A stretch of DNA of 32,000 bases from Ktedonobacterales bacterium (GCA_030167145.1 CP126532.1:2760001-2792000); one strand, 5' to 3'. Positions 8,184 to 21,716 are shown, numbered from the stretch's first letter. Translations and numbers: made by a program. Notes: a model not told the origin generated them from the sequence alone.

Positions 8184-10019
8184 GTGAGACAGGATTCAGT
8201 CAGCGCTACGGCGAGCAGCACGCCGATTCGCATTCCCCGCTGGGCGTATCCGCTGGTGACGGTGGCGTCGCTGTTGCTGGGCGCGGAGGCGGTGGTGCGG
8301 GGGACGCGGACGGTGGTGACGGCGGCTGATAGCGATCTGACGAATTTCTTTCTGCCCTCGGCGAACTATATTTTGCATGGGCAGCCCTGGCAGATGTATG
8401 CCGTGCGGGCGAGCGGGCTGTATCCGAACTATAACCCGCCGCTGAGCATGGTGATCTACGCGCCGCTGCTGGCGCTGGCGCAGAAGCTGGGGTTGGCGGG
8501 GAATCTGGGCAGCTTGATTACCTTTGTGTCGCTGCCGCTGCTGGTGTTGGTGCCGCTGCTGGGGTATTTGGTGGTGGTGGCGATCCGGAGGCTGTATCCG
8601 GCGGCGCCCGATACGCTGCGATTTCTGGCGTATGTGGCGGTGGTGTTGTCGCCGCTGACGTGGCAGTCTATTGGGTCGTGGTATCACCTGGAACAGCCGA
8701 TGATGCTGTGTTTGCTGGTGGGGGCGCTGCTGGCGTTGCAAGGGCGGCGCGAGGGGTTGGCGGGGGCGCTGGCAGGGCTGGCGCTGCTGACGCGGACGAC
8801 GGCGCTGTTCCCGCTGATTGCGCTGGGAGTGCTGCTGCTCTGCGAGCGGCGATGGCGCTCGTTGGCGTTCTTTGGCGGGGTGGCGGCGGCGGTGGCTGCG
8901 ATTGGGATGGCCCCATTCTTTTTGTTCGACCGCGCGGATACAGTGTATTCGTTTCTGACGTGGCGGGGGACGGCGCAGATCGGCGGCAATTCGGTGTGGA
9001 GCGTATTCGCCTGCGGGAATTGCACGGGCGGGATACGGTATACGCTGGATGCGGCGGCACGGCGGCTGGATAGCCCGGTGGTGTTGCTGTTTGTGCTGGC
9101 GACGGCGGGCCTGGGTGGGCTGCGGCTGCGAATCTCGGCGTATGGGCGCGACGCCTGGGCGGTGATGGCAGTGGCGGCGCTGGCGGTGCCGATGCTGTCG
9201 AAGACGAATTGGCCGTACTATTATCTGGAGCCGTTCATCTTCTTACTGGTGTGGGAATTTGCCTCGATGCACGACCGCGTGGCGGGGGTGTGGCGCTGGC
9301 CGGTGCTGACGTTCGCGTACCTGGGGGTGACGGCGACGCTGTCGCAGTTCATGGGATTGCAGAGCGTGGGGGCGCTGGACCGTGTGTTGCTGGGGCTGCT
9401 GGAGTTCGGGTTCATGCTGGCGTTCGCGGTGGCGGTCTGGGCGCGGGTGCGGGCGGCAAAGCCAGGAGGCATGGCGGCGCAATCGGCGGGCGGTGGTGGC
9501 GGTGGCGCTCGCGGTGCGGAGGCGGCATTGGCTGGCGCGGCGCCGGTGGGGATGGGACATATGCCGGTAGCGCCTGGGTCGCAGCAGCCGCAGGGTGGGC
9601 AGCCGTTGTGGCCACCCGCGCCACAACAACCGCAGCACGGGCAGCCGCAGCACGGGCAGCCGCAGCACGGGCAGCCGCAGCACGGGCAGCCGCAGCACGG
9701 GCAGCCGCAGCACGGGCAGCCGCAGCACGGGCAGCCGCAGCACGGGCAGCCGCAGCACGGGCAGCCGCAGCACGGGCAGCCGCAGCACGGGCAGCCGATG
9801 CAGGGCGCGGCGGGGAGCCGTCCCGCGCCGCCGATGTCGCAGGGGTGGGTGGTGTCGCCACAGCCAGCCGCGCCGTCTGTGCCACCCTATGCGCCGCCGC
9901 CCTCAGCGCCGCTGAATCCGGGGCAGACGACGGGGAATAGCGTGCTGGGCGACGACTGGCCTGATTTATCGAAGGGCTGGCCGCCGCAACAGCCATCGGG
10001 GCCACGAGGCAATCGGTGA
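8184..10019 (+). CDS. Polytopic GT-C-fold glycosyltransferase-like membrane protein (DUF2029/GT87-like) with Pro/Gln-rich repetitive C-terminal tail
   Basis: GTG start after GAGGGGG. Many predicted TM helices. First-loop motif [24 protein letters not shown] resembles polyprenol-phosphate-sugar-dependent transferases. The last ~170 aa are low complexity and include (QPQHG)x11. Confidence 0.6.
   Translation: MRQDSVSATASSTPIRIPRWAYPLVTVASLLLGAEAVVRGTRTVVTAADSDLTNFFLPSANYILHGQPWQMYAVRASGLYPNYNPPLSMVIYAPLLALAQKLGLAGNLGSLITFVSLPLLVLVPLLGYLVVVAIRRLYPAAPDTLRFLAYVAVVLSPLTWQSIGSWYHLEQPMMLCLLVGALLALQGRREGLAGALAGLALLTRTTALFPLIALGVLLLCERRWRSLAFFGGVAAAVAAIGMAPFFLFDRADTVYSFLTWRGTAQIGGNSVWSVFACGNCTGGIRYTLDAAARRLDSPVVLLFVLATAGLGGLRLRISAYGRDAWAVMAVAALAVPMLSKTNWPYYYLEPFIFLLVWEFASMHDRVAGVWRWPVLTFAYLGVTATLSQFMGLQSVGALDRVLLGLLEFGFMLAFAVAVWARVRAAKPGGMAAQSAGGGGGGARGAEAALAGAAPVGMGHMPVAPGSQQPQGGQPLWPPAPQQPQHGQPQHGQPQHGQPQHGQPQHGQPQHGQPQHGQPQHGQPQHGQPQHGQPQHGQPMQGAAGSRPAPPMSQGWVVSPQPAAPSVPPYAPPPSAPLNPGQTTGNSVLGDDWPDLSKGWPPQQPSGPRGNR
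9630..9794 (+). repeat. Perfect tandem repeat, 15 bp x 11 (CCGCAGCACGGGCAG), coding for (PQHGQ)n
   Basis: Eleven identical consecutive 15-mers read directly, followed by one diverged unit CCGATGCAGGGCGCG. Confidence 0.95.
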
Positions 10020-11674
10020 GCAGACACGGGCTGCGCTGGAGGAGCGTATCTGGCCAGCGGCCAGTTGCGGGTGAAGGAACGGACACCGCGCCGCCGCTAC
10101 GGTGGTTGCTGGGTATCGCGGCGGGAATGGAGGCGCTGTTGCTGGCGTTGTGGCTGGTGGCGGCGCAGGGGGGACTGGCGCAGAGCGGTTCGCCGCTGGC
10201 GCGGGCGGTGTTTGGGACAGCGCCGACGGTGGCGAGCGTGGTGGCGCATCCGCAGGGGGCGGCGCTGGCGCTTTTCGCGGTGTTGCTGGTGGTGGCGAGT
10301 GTGGTGGCGGCGGCGGGGCCGTGGCTGTGCCGGAGGTATCAAGGAGCGGAGAGGCGACATCTGGCGCTGGCGCTGGGCGCGGCGGCGGCACTGGGGCTGA
10401 CGTTGGTGTTGCTGCCGACGCTGCCGTCGGGCGATATCTTTAGCTATATCCTCTATGGGCGCATCAGCGCGGTGCATCATGCGAATCCGTTGGTGGCGCC
10501 GCCGTCGGCGTTCCCGCATGATCCGTTTCTGGGGCTGGTGTATTGGAGCGGGACGCGCTCGGTGTATGGTCCGGCATGGCTGCTGCTTTCGGGCGGGGTG
10601 ACGCTGCTGGCGCAGGCCTTGGGCGGGTCGCTGGCGACGTATGTGCTGCTGTATAAGCTGCTGGGGCTGGGGGCGCACCTGGCGAATGCGGCGCTGATCT
10701 GGGCGATCCTGGGGCGTATCGCGCCGGAACGGCGGCTGCTGGGGACGCTGCTCTATGCGTGGAATCCGCTGTGCCTGCTGGAGTTTTGCACGAGCGGGCA
10801 TAATGACGCGCTGATGCTGAGCTTCATGCTGCTGGGGGTGTATTGTCTGGTGCGGGGGTGGGAGTGGCCGGCGCTGCTGTGCTTTGGGGTTTCGATTGCG
10901 ATCAAGTATGTGTTGCTGGCGTTGTTGCCGTTGTATTTGCTGGTGGTGGCGCGGCAGCGGGCGTCCGCCGGACGCCCCTACGACAACGTGGCAGGGAGGC
11001 AGCGGGCGTCCGCCGGACGCCCCTACGAGGAGGGGGGGATGGGGCGCGGTGAGGTGATACGGGTGGCGGCGTGGGCGGCGGTGTGGCGCGGACTGGTGGT
11101 GGCGGGGGTGGTGGTGGGGCTGACGCTGCCGTTTTGGGCAGGCGCGGAGACGCTAGGGGCAATTTTCTATTCGCCGCCCGCGCAGCAACTCGATAATTCG
11201 CTGCTGGAGGTGGCGCAGTGGCCGCTGCGGGCAGTAGCGCAGGTGTTGGGGATTGGGCCGCATGCGGCGGCGCGGGGGGTGCAGACGGGGCTGAAGGTGG
11301 CGGGGCTGCTGGTGTTCGTGGGGCTGTGGCTGCGGGCGCTGTGGCGTGCGCGTGATCTGGAGAGCATGCTCGACGGCTGGGGATGGGTGCTGTTCTGGTA
11401 TGCCGTGGTGGCGAGCGTGTGGTTCTGGCCGTGGTATGTGACGTGGGGCGTGGCGGTGGTGGCCCTGCTGGCATGGGGCGAGCTGACGGTGGCGACGCTG
11501 CTGCTGGCGGGAGGTGTGACGACGCTGTATGCGTTTCTGCCGCTGTATGCGAGCGGGATCTATGGATATCGGTCGCTGCTGGCGTTTGGTCCGGCGCTGG
11601 GGTATCTGGGGTATGTGTGGTATCGGCGGCGAGCGGATGCGGGGAAGGGTGCGGGGAAGGATGCGCTGGCGTGA
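10016..11674 (+). CDS. MptB-like GT-C membrane mannosyltransferase-family protein
   Basis: GTG start overlaps the upstream stop (GTGA) and is preceded by GAGG. Motif [44 protein letters not shown] resembles alpha-1,6-mannosyltransferase MptB-type proteins. Polytopic. Start codon uncertain (alternative ATG at 10127 would cut the first TM helix). Confidence 0.65.
   Translation: MSRHGLRWRSVSGQRPVAGEGTDTAPPLRWLLGIAAGMEALLLALWLVAAQGGLAQSGSPLARAVFGTAPTVASVVAHPQGAALALFAVLLVVASVVAAAGPWLCRRYQGAERRHLALALGAAAALGLTLVLLPTLPSGDIFSYILYGRISAVHHANPLVAPPSAFPHDPFLGLVYWSGTRSVYGPAWLLLSGGVTLLAQALGGSLATYVLLYKLLGLGAHLANAALIWAILGRIAPERRLLGTLLYAWNPLCLLEFCTSGHNDALMLSFMLLGVYCLVRGWEWPALLCFGVSIAIKYVLLALLPLYLLVVARQRASAGRPYDNVAGRQRASAGRPYEEGGMGRGEVIRVAAWAAVWRGLVVAGVVVGLTLPFWAGAETLGAIFYSPPAQQLDNSLLEVAQWPLRAVAQVLGIGPHAAARGVQTGLKVAGLLVFVGLWLRALWRARDLESMLDGWGWVLFWYAVVASVWFWPWYVTWGVAVVALLAWGELTVATLLLAGGVTTLYAFLPLYASGIYGYRSLLAFGPALGYLGYVWYRRRADAGKGAGKDALA
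10957..10983 (+). repeat. R1 palindromic repeat, in-CDS copy 1
   Basis: 27/27 identical to 5803-5829. Translated in frame as RASAGRPYD. Confidence 0.85.
11002..11028 (+). repeat. R1 palindromic repeat, in-CDS copy 2
   Basis: 27/27 identical to 5803-5829, lying 45 bp after copy 1. Translated as RASAGRPYE. Confidence 0.85.
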
Positions 11675-11773
11675 TATGGCAGAGGTTGACGGAAGAAGCG
11701 TGCCTTTTGGCGTATATGGGCGGGAGAGGATAGCCCATCCGTGCGAGTTGGCTTGAATTCGGGTGTTACCCAC

Positions 11774-11803
11774 TTGACCAGGTGGGTGGGTCTATGGCAT
11801 ACT
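11774..11803 (+). promoter_or_regulatory. Strong sigma-70-type promoter candidate (distal, about 1 kb upstream of 16S)
   Basis: TTGACC (11774-11779), 18-nt spacer containing TGg, then CATACT (11798-11803). Confidence 0.5.
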
Positions 11804-12270
11804 CAGTTTTGTCGCCGCGAGAGGCCACGAAATGCGATATGCACGAAGGACTCTCGCACGCACATTTCAAGAACGATGAATATAGTGGTCATCACATCTC
11901 CGACGCGGAGACCTCAACCTTCAAGCAAAGGGAGGAAGCGCCGCTTCTCGTTCCATTGTTGACTGGTTGTGCTACAGTATGCGTATTCGCAGTGCGCTAA
12001 GGCACCCTGGTTTGCCAGGGCAACGGTTTGAGCGAATGCACCCAGGTGAGCCTACGCCGTCCATGGGAGACGGGTCGGGAGGCCCTGCCAGAGTTCACTG
12101 GGCCGCAGTCAATCGGCCTATGGCGTCCGCAGCCTTCCCTGTGAGATGCAAGCCCTTAGCTTGAGCTATGGGGTAGTTGACAGGACCTGTGACGCACTGA
12201 TTGGGTCGTGCGTCTGAACCTCTGAGCGAGTAGCGCGCGAGCGCCTCAGGATGAGTTTCGGACGCGGGTC

Positions 12271-12299
12271 TTGACAGCGCACCGAAGCTGTGAGATACT
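12271..12299 (+). promoter_or_regulatory. rRNA operon promoter candidate
   Basis: TTGACA (12271-12276), 17-nt spacer ending TGa, then GATACT (12294-12299). Confidence 0.55.
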
Positions 12300-12501
12300 C
12301 GATGAACCGCCGCGAGAACGCGAGACGATGCCGGACCCTCCGGCTGACGCGATCTCTTTGCAGCACCTCTCTAGCGGATGTCATCTTTCACTGTTTTAGT
12401 GAGATGTTGTGTCTGCGGCACTGTTCCCAAGACAGTGGGACGAGCGGTACTAGCCATCAAGTACGGATTATCTGAATTTGATGTGCGCGGCGAAAAACCT
12501 C

Positions 12502-12530
12502 TTGACAGAGATGCGAAGGCATGGTAAGCT
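12502..12530 (+). promoter_or_regulatory. rRNA operon promoter candidate
   Basis: TTGACA (12502-12507), 17-nt spacer ending TGg, then TAAGCT (12525-12530). Confidence 0.55.
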
Positions 12531-12566
12531 CAGGAGGTGCCTCTGAAACGGGGCGACGCGGTCGAG

Positions 12567-12582
12567 GGTCTTGAAAGCAAGG
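12567..12582 (+). promoter_or_regulatory. boxA-like antitermination element candidate in rRNA leader
   Basis: GGTCTTGAAAGCAAGG resembles boxA (TGTTCTTTGAAAAC type). It sits immediately upstream of the 16S processing-stem arm, the classical position. Confidence 0.3.
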
Positions 12583-12591
12583 CTTCGGTCG

Positions 12592-12633
12592 GGCTAGCAG
12601 TACATTGACAACTGAAGAGTGAGAAGCAGTAAC
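12592..12633 (+). other. 5' arm of 16S processing (RNase III-type) stem
   Basis: TTGACAACTGAAGAGTGAGAAGCAGTAAC (12605-12633) is complementary to 14473-14502 (29 positions: one A-C mismatch, two G-U pairs). GCTAGCAGT extends the pairing. Confidence 0.7.
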
Positions 12634-12783
12634 AGCGCAAGCGTAAGGGAACAGCACGGTGTACGTGCGGTGAAGTGTCGCGATGAGAATCGTGACGATT
12701 GGTCCCCGATGCAACTTTGAGTCATTTGGCTCACATCAGTGGTAACGCGATCAGGTGGAGTTTCCGCCTGAGAGAATAGACAC

Positions 12784-14314
<1,531 letters not shown>

Positions 14315-14452
14315 GGGAGTACATGGTGAACGCTCGATCTGAATAGATGGAGCCGGAGCCAACCTTCCAGGTCGAATAGGGACGTTCTTGAACGTTTCTA
14401 TGACTGGGTAGATAGACGCGCGGGGAACTGCTTCAAAGCGCAAGCGCCGGAT

Positions 14453-14463
14453 TGTTCTTGGAC
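14453..14463 (+). promoter_or_regulatory. boxA-like element candidate in 16S-23S spacer
   Basis: TGTTCTTGGAC in the spacer, upstream of the 23S stem arm. Confidence 0.25.
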
Positions 14464-14472
14464 GCGAGCGTT

Positions 14473-14516
14473 GTTATTTGTTTCTCACTCTCCAGTTGTC
14501 AACAACTGGCTAGCAC
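14473..14516 (+). other. 3' arm of 16S processing stem
   Basis: GTTATTTGTTTCTCACTCTCCAGTTGTCAA is complementary to 12605-12633. Confidence 0.7.
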
Positions 14517-14530
14517 ATGCACCTGAACAA

Positions 14531-14607
14531 TTGCATATTGGGAAATTACTTCAATTTTGCCGAAGCGAGCGAGAGGATCGCACGCGAGAATAACAAACGT
14601 TGAAGCT
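14531..14607 (+). other. 5' arm of 23S processing stem
   Basis: Blocks GGGAAATTACTTC, ATTTTGCCG, GCGAGCGAG, GATCGC and CGCGAGAA are complementary, in order, to 17834-17912. Confidence 0.7.
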
Positions 14608-14660
14608 GGGTGATACCTCGACGTGCGCGGCGCGAGTAGCGTGCGCGAGCGTGAAGAAGG

Positions 14661-17772
<3,112 letters not shown>

Positions 17773-17833
17773 CCCTCTCTTCATGAAGCGCTGGCGCAGA
17801 TGATGCGCGCAGGCACACGGGAGTTTGTCATCT

Positions 17834-17912
17834 GGTTTCGACGAGTGTTCTCGCGGATAACGCGATCATGCTCGCTCGCCCGGCAAAATCGAAGTAATTT
17901 CCCTCTATGCGA
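17834..17912 (+). other. 3' arm of 23S processing stem
   Basis: Reverse complement aligns block-wise with 14531-14607 (for example GGCAAAATCGAAGTAATTTCCC vs GGGAAATTACTTCAATTTTGCC). Confidence 0.7.
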
Positions 17913-17928
17913 TTGTAGCAACTGCCAT

Positions 17929-17987
17929 ACGGGCGGAAAGGGCTACCGGCATGTATGCCGCCCTTTCCGCCCGTATTCGTTTTTTTT
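17929..17987 (+). terminator. Rho-independent terminator of the rRNA operon
   Basis: Perfect 15-bp stem ACGGGCGGAAAGGGC (17929-17943) / GCCCTTTCCGCCCGT (17960-17974), with an inner GGCA/TGCC pairing, followed by ATTCG and T7 (17981-17987). Confidence 0.75.
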
Positions 17988-18010
17988 GCGGGCGGTTGAA
18001 ACCGCGCCTG
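17988..18010 (+). repeat. R2 repeat, copy 2
   Basis: 23/23 identical to 5469-5491. Directly abuts the terminator T-run. Confidence 0.7.
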
Positions 18011-18045
18011 CATGGACTGCTGGGGCGAGGAGGCTTACGTAGCGT

Positions 18046-19695
18046 ATGTCCGATAAGACCTATCCTGGAAGCGCTCAGCATGTCGCATCGTCTACAGGTG
18101 ATGTGGTGGTGACGGATGATCTGGATGCGCTGCTCGACGTGCTGCCACCGCGCATTCGCCGTCCGCTGGAGCGGCGCGGAGTGGTGAACCTGCTGGAAGT
18201 GGTGCTGGATCTCGGTCGTTTGCCAGAGGCGCGTTACCCGGAAGGCGCGGCTAATCTGGACGAGGCGGTGGTCTCTGAAGAGGATCTGGCGTATGTAGTG
18301 GAGCGGATTGGGGCCTTTGGCGATGACAACCGGGCGGGGATCGAGCGCACGCTGCACCGCATCAGCGCGATCCGCAACCGGAGAGGCCAGGTGGTGGGGC
18401 TGACCTGCCGCGTCGGCCGCGCGGTGCGCGGCACCGTCGCCTTGATTCGCGATGTCTTGGAGCAGGGCAAATCGATCTTGATCCTGGGCCGGCCGGGGGT
18501 CGGCAAGACGACGCTCTTGCGCGAGGCGGCACGGGTGCTGGCCGATGAGCTGGGCAAGCGGGTGGTGGTGGTCGACACCTCCAACGAGATCGCCGGCGAC
18601 GGCGATGTGCCGCATCCGGGCATCGGGCGGGCGCGGCGGATGCAGGTGGCGCGGACCACGCAGCAGCATCAGGTGATGATCGAGGCGGTGGAGAACCACA
18701 TGCCCGAGGTCATCGTGATTGATGAGATCGGCACGGAGCTAGAGGCGCAGGCGGCGCGGACGATTGCCGAGCGGGGGGTGCAGTTGGTGGGGACGGCGCA
18801 TGGGCGGACGCTGGACAACCTGTTGGTCAATCCGACGCTGGCGGACCTGGTGGGAGGGGTGCAGGCGGTGACGCTGGGCGATGAGGAGGCGCGGCGGCGG
18901 GGGACGCAGAAGACGGTGTTGGAACGCAAGAGTCCCCCCACCTTCGATGTCCTCGTCGAACAGGAGGAGCGCAATCGCGTGGGTGTGCATCTGGATGTGG
19001 CGTCGGCGGTGGATGGCTTGCTGCGCGGAGAGGCGCCGGTGCGGGAGATGCGCGAGCGCCAGAGCGACGGCTCGATTCGTCGCTGGGTGGAGCGTGCCGC
19101 GCGCGCCGATGGCGTGGGGTTGCCGACGCGTGAGGGATTGGTGGTGCGCGAAGAGTTGTCGCCCCGGCGCAGTTCGCTGATGGGGCCGCGTCCGGCGTCG
19201 CCCTGGTGGGAGGAGCGACGAGAGCGGGGGCGGGGACTGCCAGCGATGCTCAATGAAGGGCCAGGGGGGCGCTGGCTGGACCCTGAACTTGCGCTGGGCG
19301 CGGCGTTTATTCGCCAGCAGGAAACCGAGAATATGCCAGATGCCGCTGAGGAGGATGGGGTGGCGCCGGTGTTTCGCAAGCGGCGGATTTATCCAATGGG
19401 GATCAATCGGAACCGACTGGAGCAGGCGATCCGCGAATTGGGACTGCCTGCGGTGATCAGCCGGGATGAGCGCGAGGCCGATGCGATGCTGGTGCTGAAA
19501 AGCCTATATCGCCGCCAGCCGGACCGTGTGGATGCGGCGCAGAGCGCCGGGCTGCCGGTGTATGTGCTGCGCGGGTCGAGCGTGGAGCGGCTACGCGAGG
19601 CGCTGAGCGATCTGTTCCGTGGTGATGTGGAGCAGGCGCGCCGCGCGGCGGATGTGAGCGCGGCGGAGGATGGGGACGACGACGAGGAACGCTAG
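18046..19695 (+). CDS. R3H-domain / SpoIIIAA-like (Ycf45-like) P-loop ATPase
   Basis: Walker A GRPGVGKTT, Walker B VIVIDEIG. Conserved block DTSNEIAGDGDVPHPGIGRARRMQV..TAHG. C-terminal R3H-like region. ATG at 18046 with GAGGAGG upstream. Confidence 0.8.
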   Translation: MSDKTYPGSAQHVASSTGDVVVTDDLDALLDVLPPRIRRPLERRGVVNLLEVVLDLGRLPEARYPEGAANLDEAVVSEEDLAYVVERIGAFGDDNRAGIERTLHRISAIRNRRGQVVGLTCRVGRAVRGTVALIRDVLEQGKSILILGRPGVGKTTLLREAARVLADELGKRVVVVDTSNEIAGDGDVPHPGIGRARRMQVARTTQQHQVMIEAVENHMPEVIVIDEIGTELEAQAARTIAERGVQLVGTAHGRTLDNLLVNPTLADLVGGVQAVTLGDEEARRRGTQKTVLERKSPPTFDVLVEQEERNRVGVHLDVASAVDGLLRGEAPVREMRERQSDGSIRRWVERAARADGVGLPTREGLVVREELSPRRSSLMGPRPASPWWEERRERGRGLPAMLNEGPGGRWLDPELALGAAFIRQQETENMPDAAEEDGVAPVFRKRRIYPMGINRNRLEQAIRELGLPAVISRDEREADAMLVLKSLYRRQPDRVDAAQSAGLPVYVLRGSSVERLREALSDLFRGDVEQARRAADVSAAEDGDDDEER

Positions 19696-21716
19696 GTGAG
19701 CAGCTTGGCGACGGCGCCGCAGATGTGTTCGGTGGGCGACCAATCGTAGCCGCCGAGGTGCTGGCGGTACACGGCGATGATGTAGGTTTCATTGCCGACG
19801 GTGACGATGCCGGAGCTATTCATGGCCCAGAGGCCATCTGGGCCAGGCACCCAGCCGTCTTTCATTTGGAAGCTCGCGCCCGGCGGCGCGGTATCGCCTA
19901 CGCCCCATTGCTGCCCTGGCTCGACGCTGCTCATGAGATTGATGGCGAGTTTGTTGTCTTGCGCGGTCAGGACGTTGCCGTTATGCAGGGCGGTGAGCAG
20001 GCGGACCATGGCAAGGGGCGCGATGGTGCTGTAGCCCCAGGCATCGGGCGCGGGGTTGAGGCCGGGGATGCCGAGGCCGCTCATCAACCGGCTGAGCGCG
20101 GGCGCGCCGCCGATCTCGACAAAGAGGGCTTGCGCCGAGTCGTTGTCGGACTCCTCGATCATGGTGGTGAGCAGGTACATTTCGTTGGCGTTGGGCTGGC
20201 GATGCTGGCTTTCGGTCATCTGCAAGGTGGCGAGCATGATGGCGACTTTGATCGAACTGCCGGTGGTGAACTGGCCATTCATGTTGTAGCCGTAGTATTG
20301 GTGGCGAGTGAGGTCGTAGACGGCGACGCCGACGTTGGAGCCTATTCCTTTCAGGTAATTTGCCAGATCGGGCGAGAGGGCATCGAACTGCGCCCAGGCG
20401 GTGGCGTTCGCGCCAGGGGCGGTAGTGGTGAGTGCGGAGGCGGGCGCCCAGCCGTTGTATGTGCTGTGCGGGTTGGTCCATTGCACGGCATACCAGAGAT
20501 CGTTGCCAATCCATGCGGTCTTGCCGCTGAGCGTGAGGGGGAAGTTCTGGCCCACGTGAGCCAGCGGTAGGACCACTTGGGGAGCGCCAGTCAGCGCGAG
20601 GTCGCCGGTGGCCCAGACACGCGTGCCGAGGGTCGCCTGAGGCGCGGGCGCGCCAAGGGTTTGCAGATAGGCCAGGCCGGTGGTGAGCGGGATGACGGTC
20701 GGCTGGCCGTGATCGTCGGGGTCGTCGTTATCTTGCAGCAGCGCGCCGCGCCAGAAAGCTTGTACCAGCAGATGATGTGGCGTGCCGTCGCGCACGATGG
20801 CGAGCGAGATGGGCAGGGTCAGGGGGAGGCCGAAATCGGTTTGCCAGCCAGCGGATGAGACATCGGGACGGGTGAGATATTGCCACATGGGCTGGGAGAT
20901 GAGTTGATTGCTGGTGTGTTTGGTAGCGCCTTGCTGGTAGACGAAGGTTGGTTCGTCGGTATCGGCGGTTGGCGTGGTGGCGATGGTGGTCGCGGTGGCG
21001 GTGGTTTTGGCGAGTTGGATGGGAAGGATTGCGTGACGGAGATCTGCGTAGGTGGGACCGGTGGCGTCGCCGACGTCGCTGAGGCTGCCGGAGAGAGGGG
21101 TCAGGCTGCCGACGGTGAGGAGCGCATGGAGCAGCGAAATGCGCACGATGCCGGAGGCGGGGTCGGTGATGCCGTCGTTATACATGAGTTGTGTGAGATC
21201 GCCAAAAGGCCAGGGTGAAGCGGGTGTGGCGGTGCTGACGGAGGCCACTTTTGCTGTGGGGACGAAGAGCGCGCCTGCTGCGAAGAACTGGACGCGCCCG
21301 GAGGCGCTTTGGTAGGCGACAGTGAGCGGCAGGCCGAGCGCCTGCGGGCCGCCGTGGGTGGTGTAGTAGCTGGCGAAGGATGGGTCTACCGCTGGGGCCT
21401 GGCTGGTGGAGGGAAGTGTGAAGTTGTAGGCAGGGGTTTGGGTGCGTGTATCGTTGGCCCAAGCAGAGGCAGGCAGCCCGTTTGATGAGGGGCCAGTGAC
21501 ACGCCCGGCAGCGCCGAGCCAGATGGCGGCAGCGGCGAGTGGGAGCAGCCAGAGCAACGCCAGCAGCCCAAAGATCACCATGCGCTTGCTTCGTGGCGCC
21601 CACCGCTTGACTGGCGCTACCGTTTGGTCGCCATTGGGAAGACCCCACATGCCCATATCTCCCTCACCATGCGTTCGCCATAGATGTGCATGCTCAAACT
21701 CGCGCCTGTGGTCCAC
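19692..21716 (-). CDS. Secreted or membrane-anchored protein with C-terminal class-A beta-lactamase-fold serine hydrolase domain and large N-terminal repeat region
   Basis: C-terminal motifs SSIK (SxxK), SDN (ESDNDS) and KDG (KTG-like). N-terminal hydrophobic anchor VIFGLLALLWLLPLAAAAIWLG. Two copies of a ...GG....GLPLT... type motif. Start uncertain: GTG 21716 (GAGGAA upstream) or ATG 21656. Confidence 0.6.
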   Translation of the reverse strand: MDHRREFEHAHLWRTHGEGDMGMWGLPNGDQTVAPVKRWAPRSKRMVIFGLLALLWLLPLAAAAIWLGAAGRVTGPSSNGLPASAWANDTRTQTPAYNFTLPSTSQAPAVDPSFASYYTTHGGPQALGLPLTVAYQSASGRVQFFAAGALFVPTAKVASVSTATPASPWPFGDLTQLMYNDGITDPASGIVRISLLHALLTVGSLTPLSGSLSDVGDATGPTYADLRHAILPIQLAKTTATATTIATTPTADTDEPTFVYQQGATKHTSNQLISQPMWQYLTRPDVSSAGWQTDFGLPLTLPISLAIVRDGTPHHLLVQAFWRGALLQDNDDPDDHGQPTVIPLTTGLAYLQTLGAPAPQATLGTRVWATGDLALTGAPQVVLPLAHVGQNFPLTLSGKTAWIGNDLWYAVQWTNPHSTYNGWAPASALTTTAPGANATAWAQFDALSPDLANYLKGIGSNVGVAVYDLTRHQYYGYNMNGQFTTGSSIKVAIMLATLQMTESQHRQPNANEMYLLTTMIEESDNDSAQALFVEIGGAPALSRLMSGLGIPGLNPAPDAWGYSTIAPLAMVRLLTALHNGNVLTAQDNKLAINLMSSVEPGQQWGVGDTAPPGASFQMKDGWVPGPDGLWAMNSSGIVTVGNETYIIAVYRQHLGGYDWSPTEHICGAVAKLLT

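Noticed and set aside
9630-9794. Possible CRISPR array
   Set aside because: The repeats are directly adjacent 15-mers with no spacers, and they lie inside a CDS.
9412-10086. Alternative-frame repeat proteins (AAARAAAAR..., [10 protein letters not shown]..., [10 protein letters not shown]...) across the 15-bp tandem array
   Set aside because: They are translations of the same tandem repeat in other frames or on the other strand. Only the + frame is continuous with a membrane-protein ORF that has an RBS.
11741-12000. Small + strand ORFs (72-73 aa) in the rRNA leader
   Set aside because: They have no RBS, their composition is atypical, and they overlap hairpin-rich non-coding sequence behind a promoter that points at the rRNA operon.
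12605-12633. TTGACA at 12605 (and TTGAAA at 12571) as additional rRNA promoters
   Set aside because: Neither has an acceptable -10. The segment 12605-12633 is complementary to 14473-14502 (16S processing stem). The segment 12567-12582 is better explained as a boxA-like element.
17773-17928. 5S rRNA expected downstream of 23S
   Set aside because: No 5S consensus blocks are present. The segment is instead complementary to the region upstream of 23S (processing stem) and is followed directly by the terminator.
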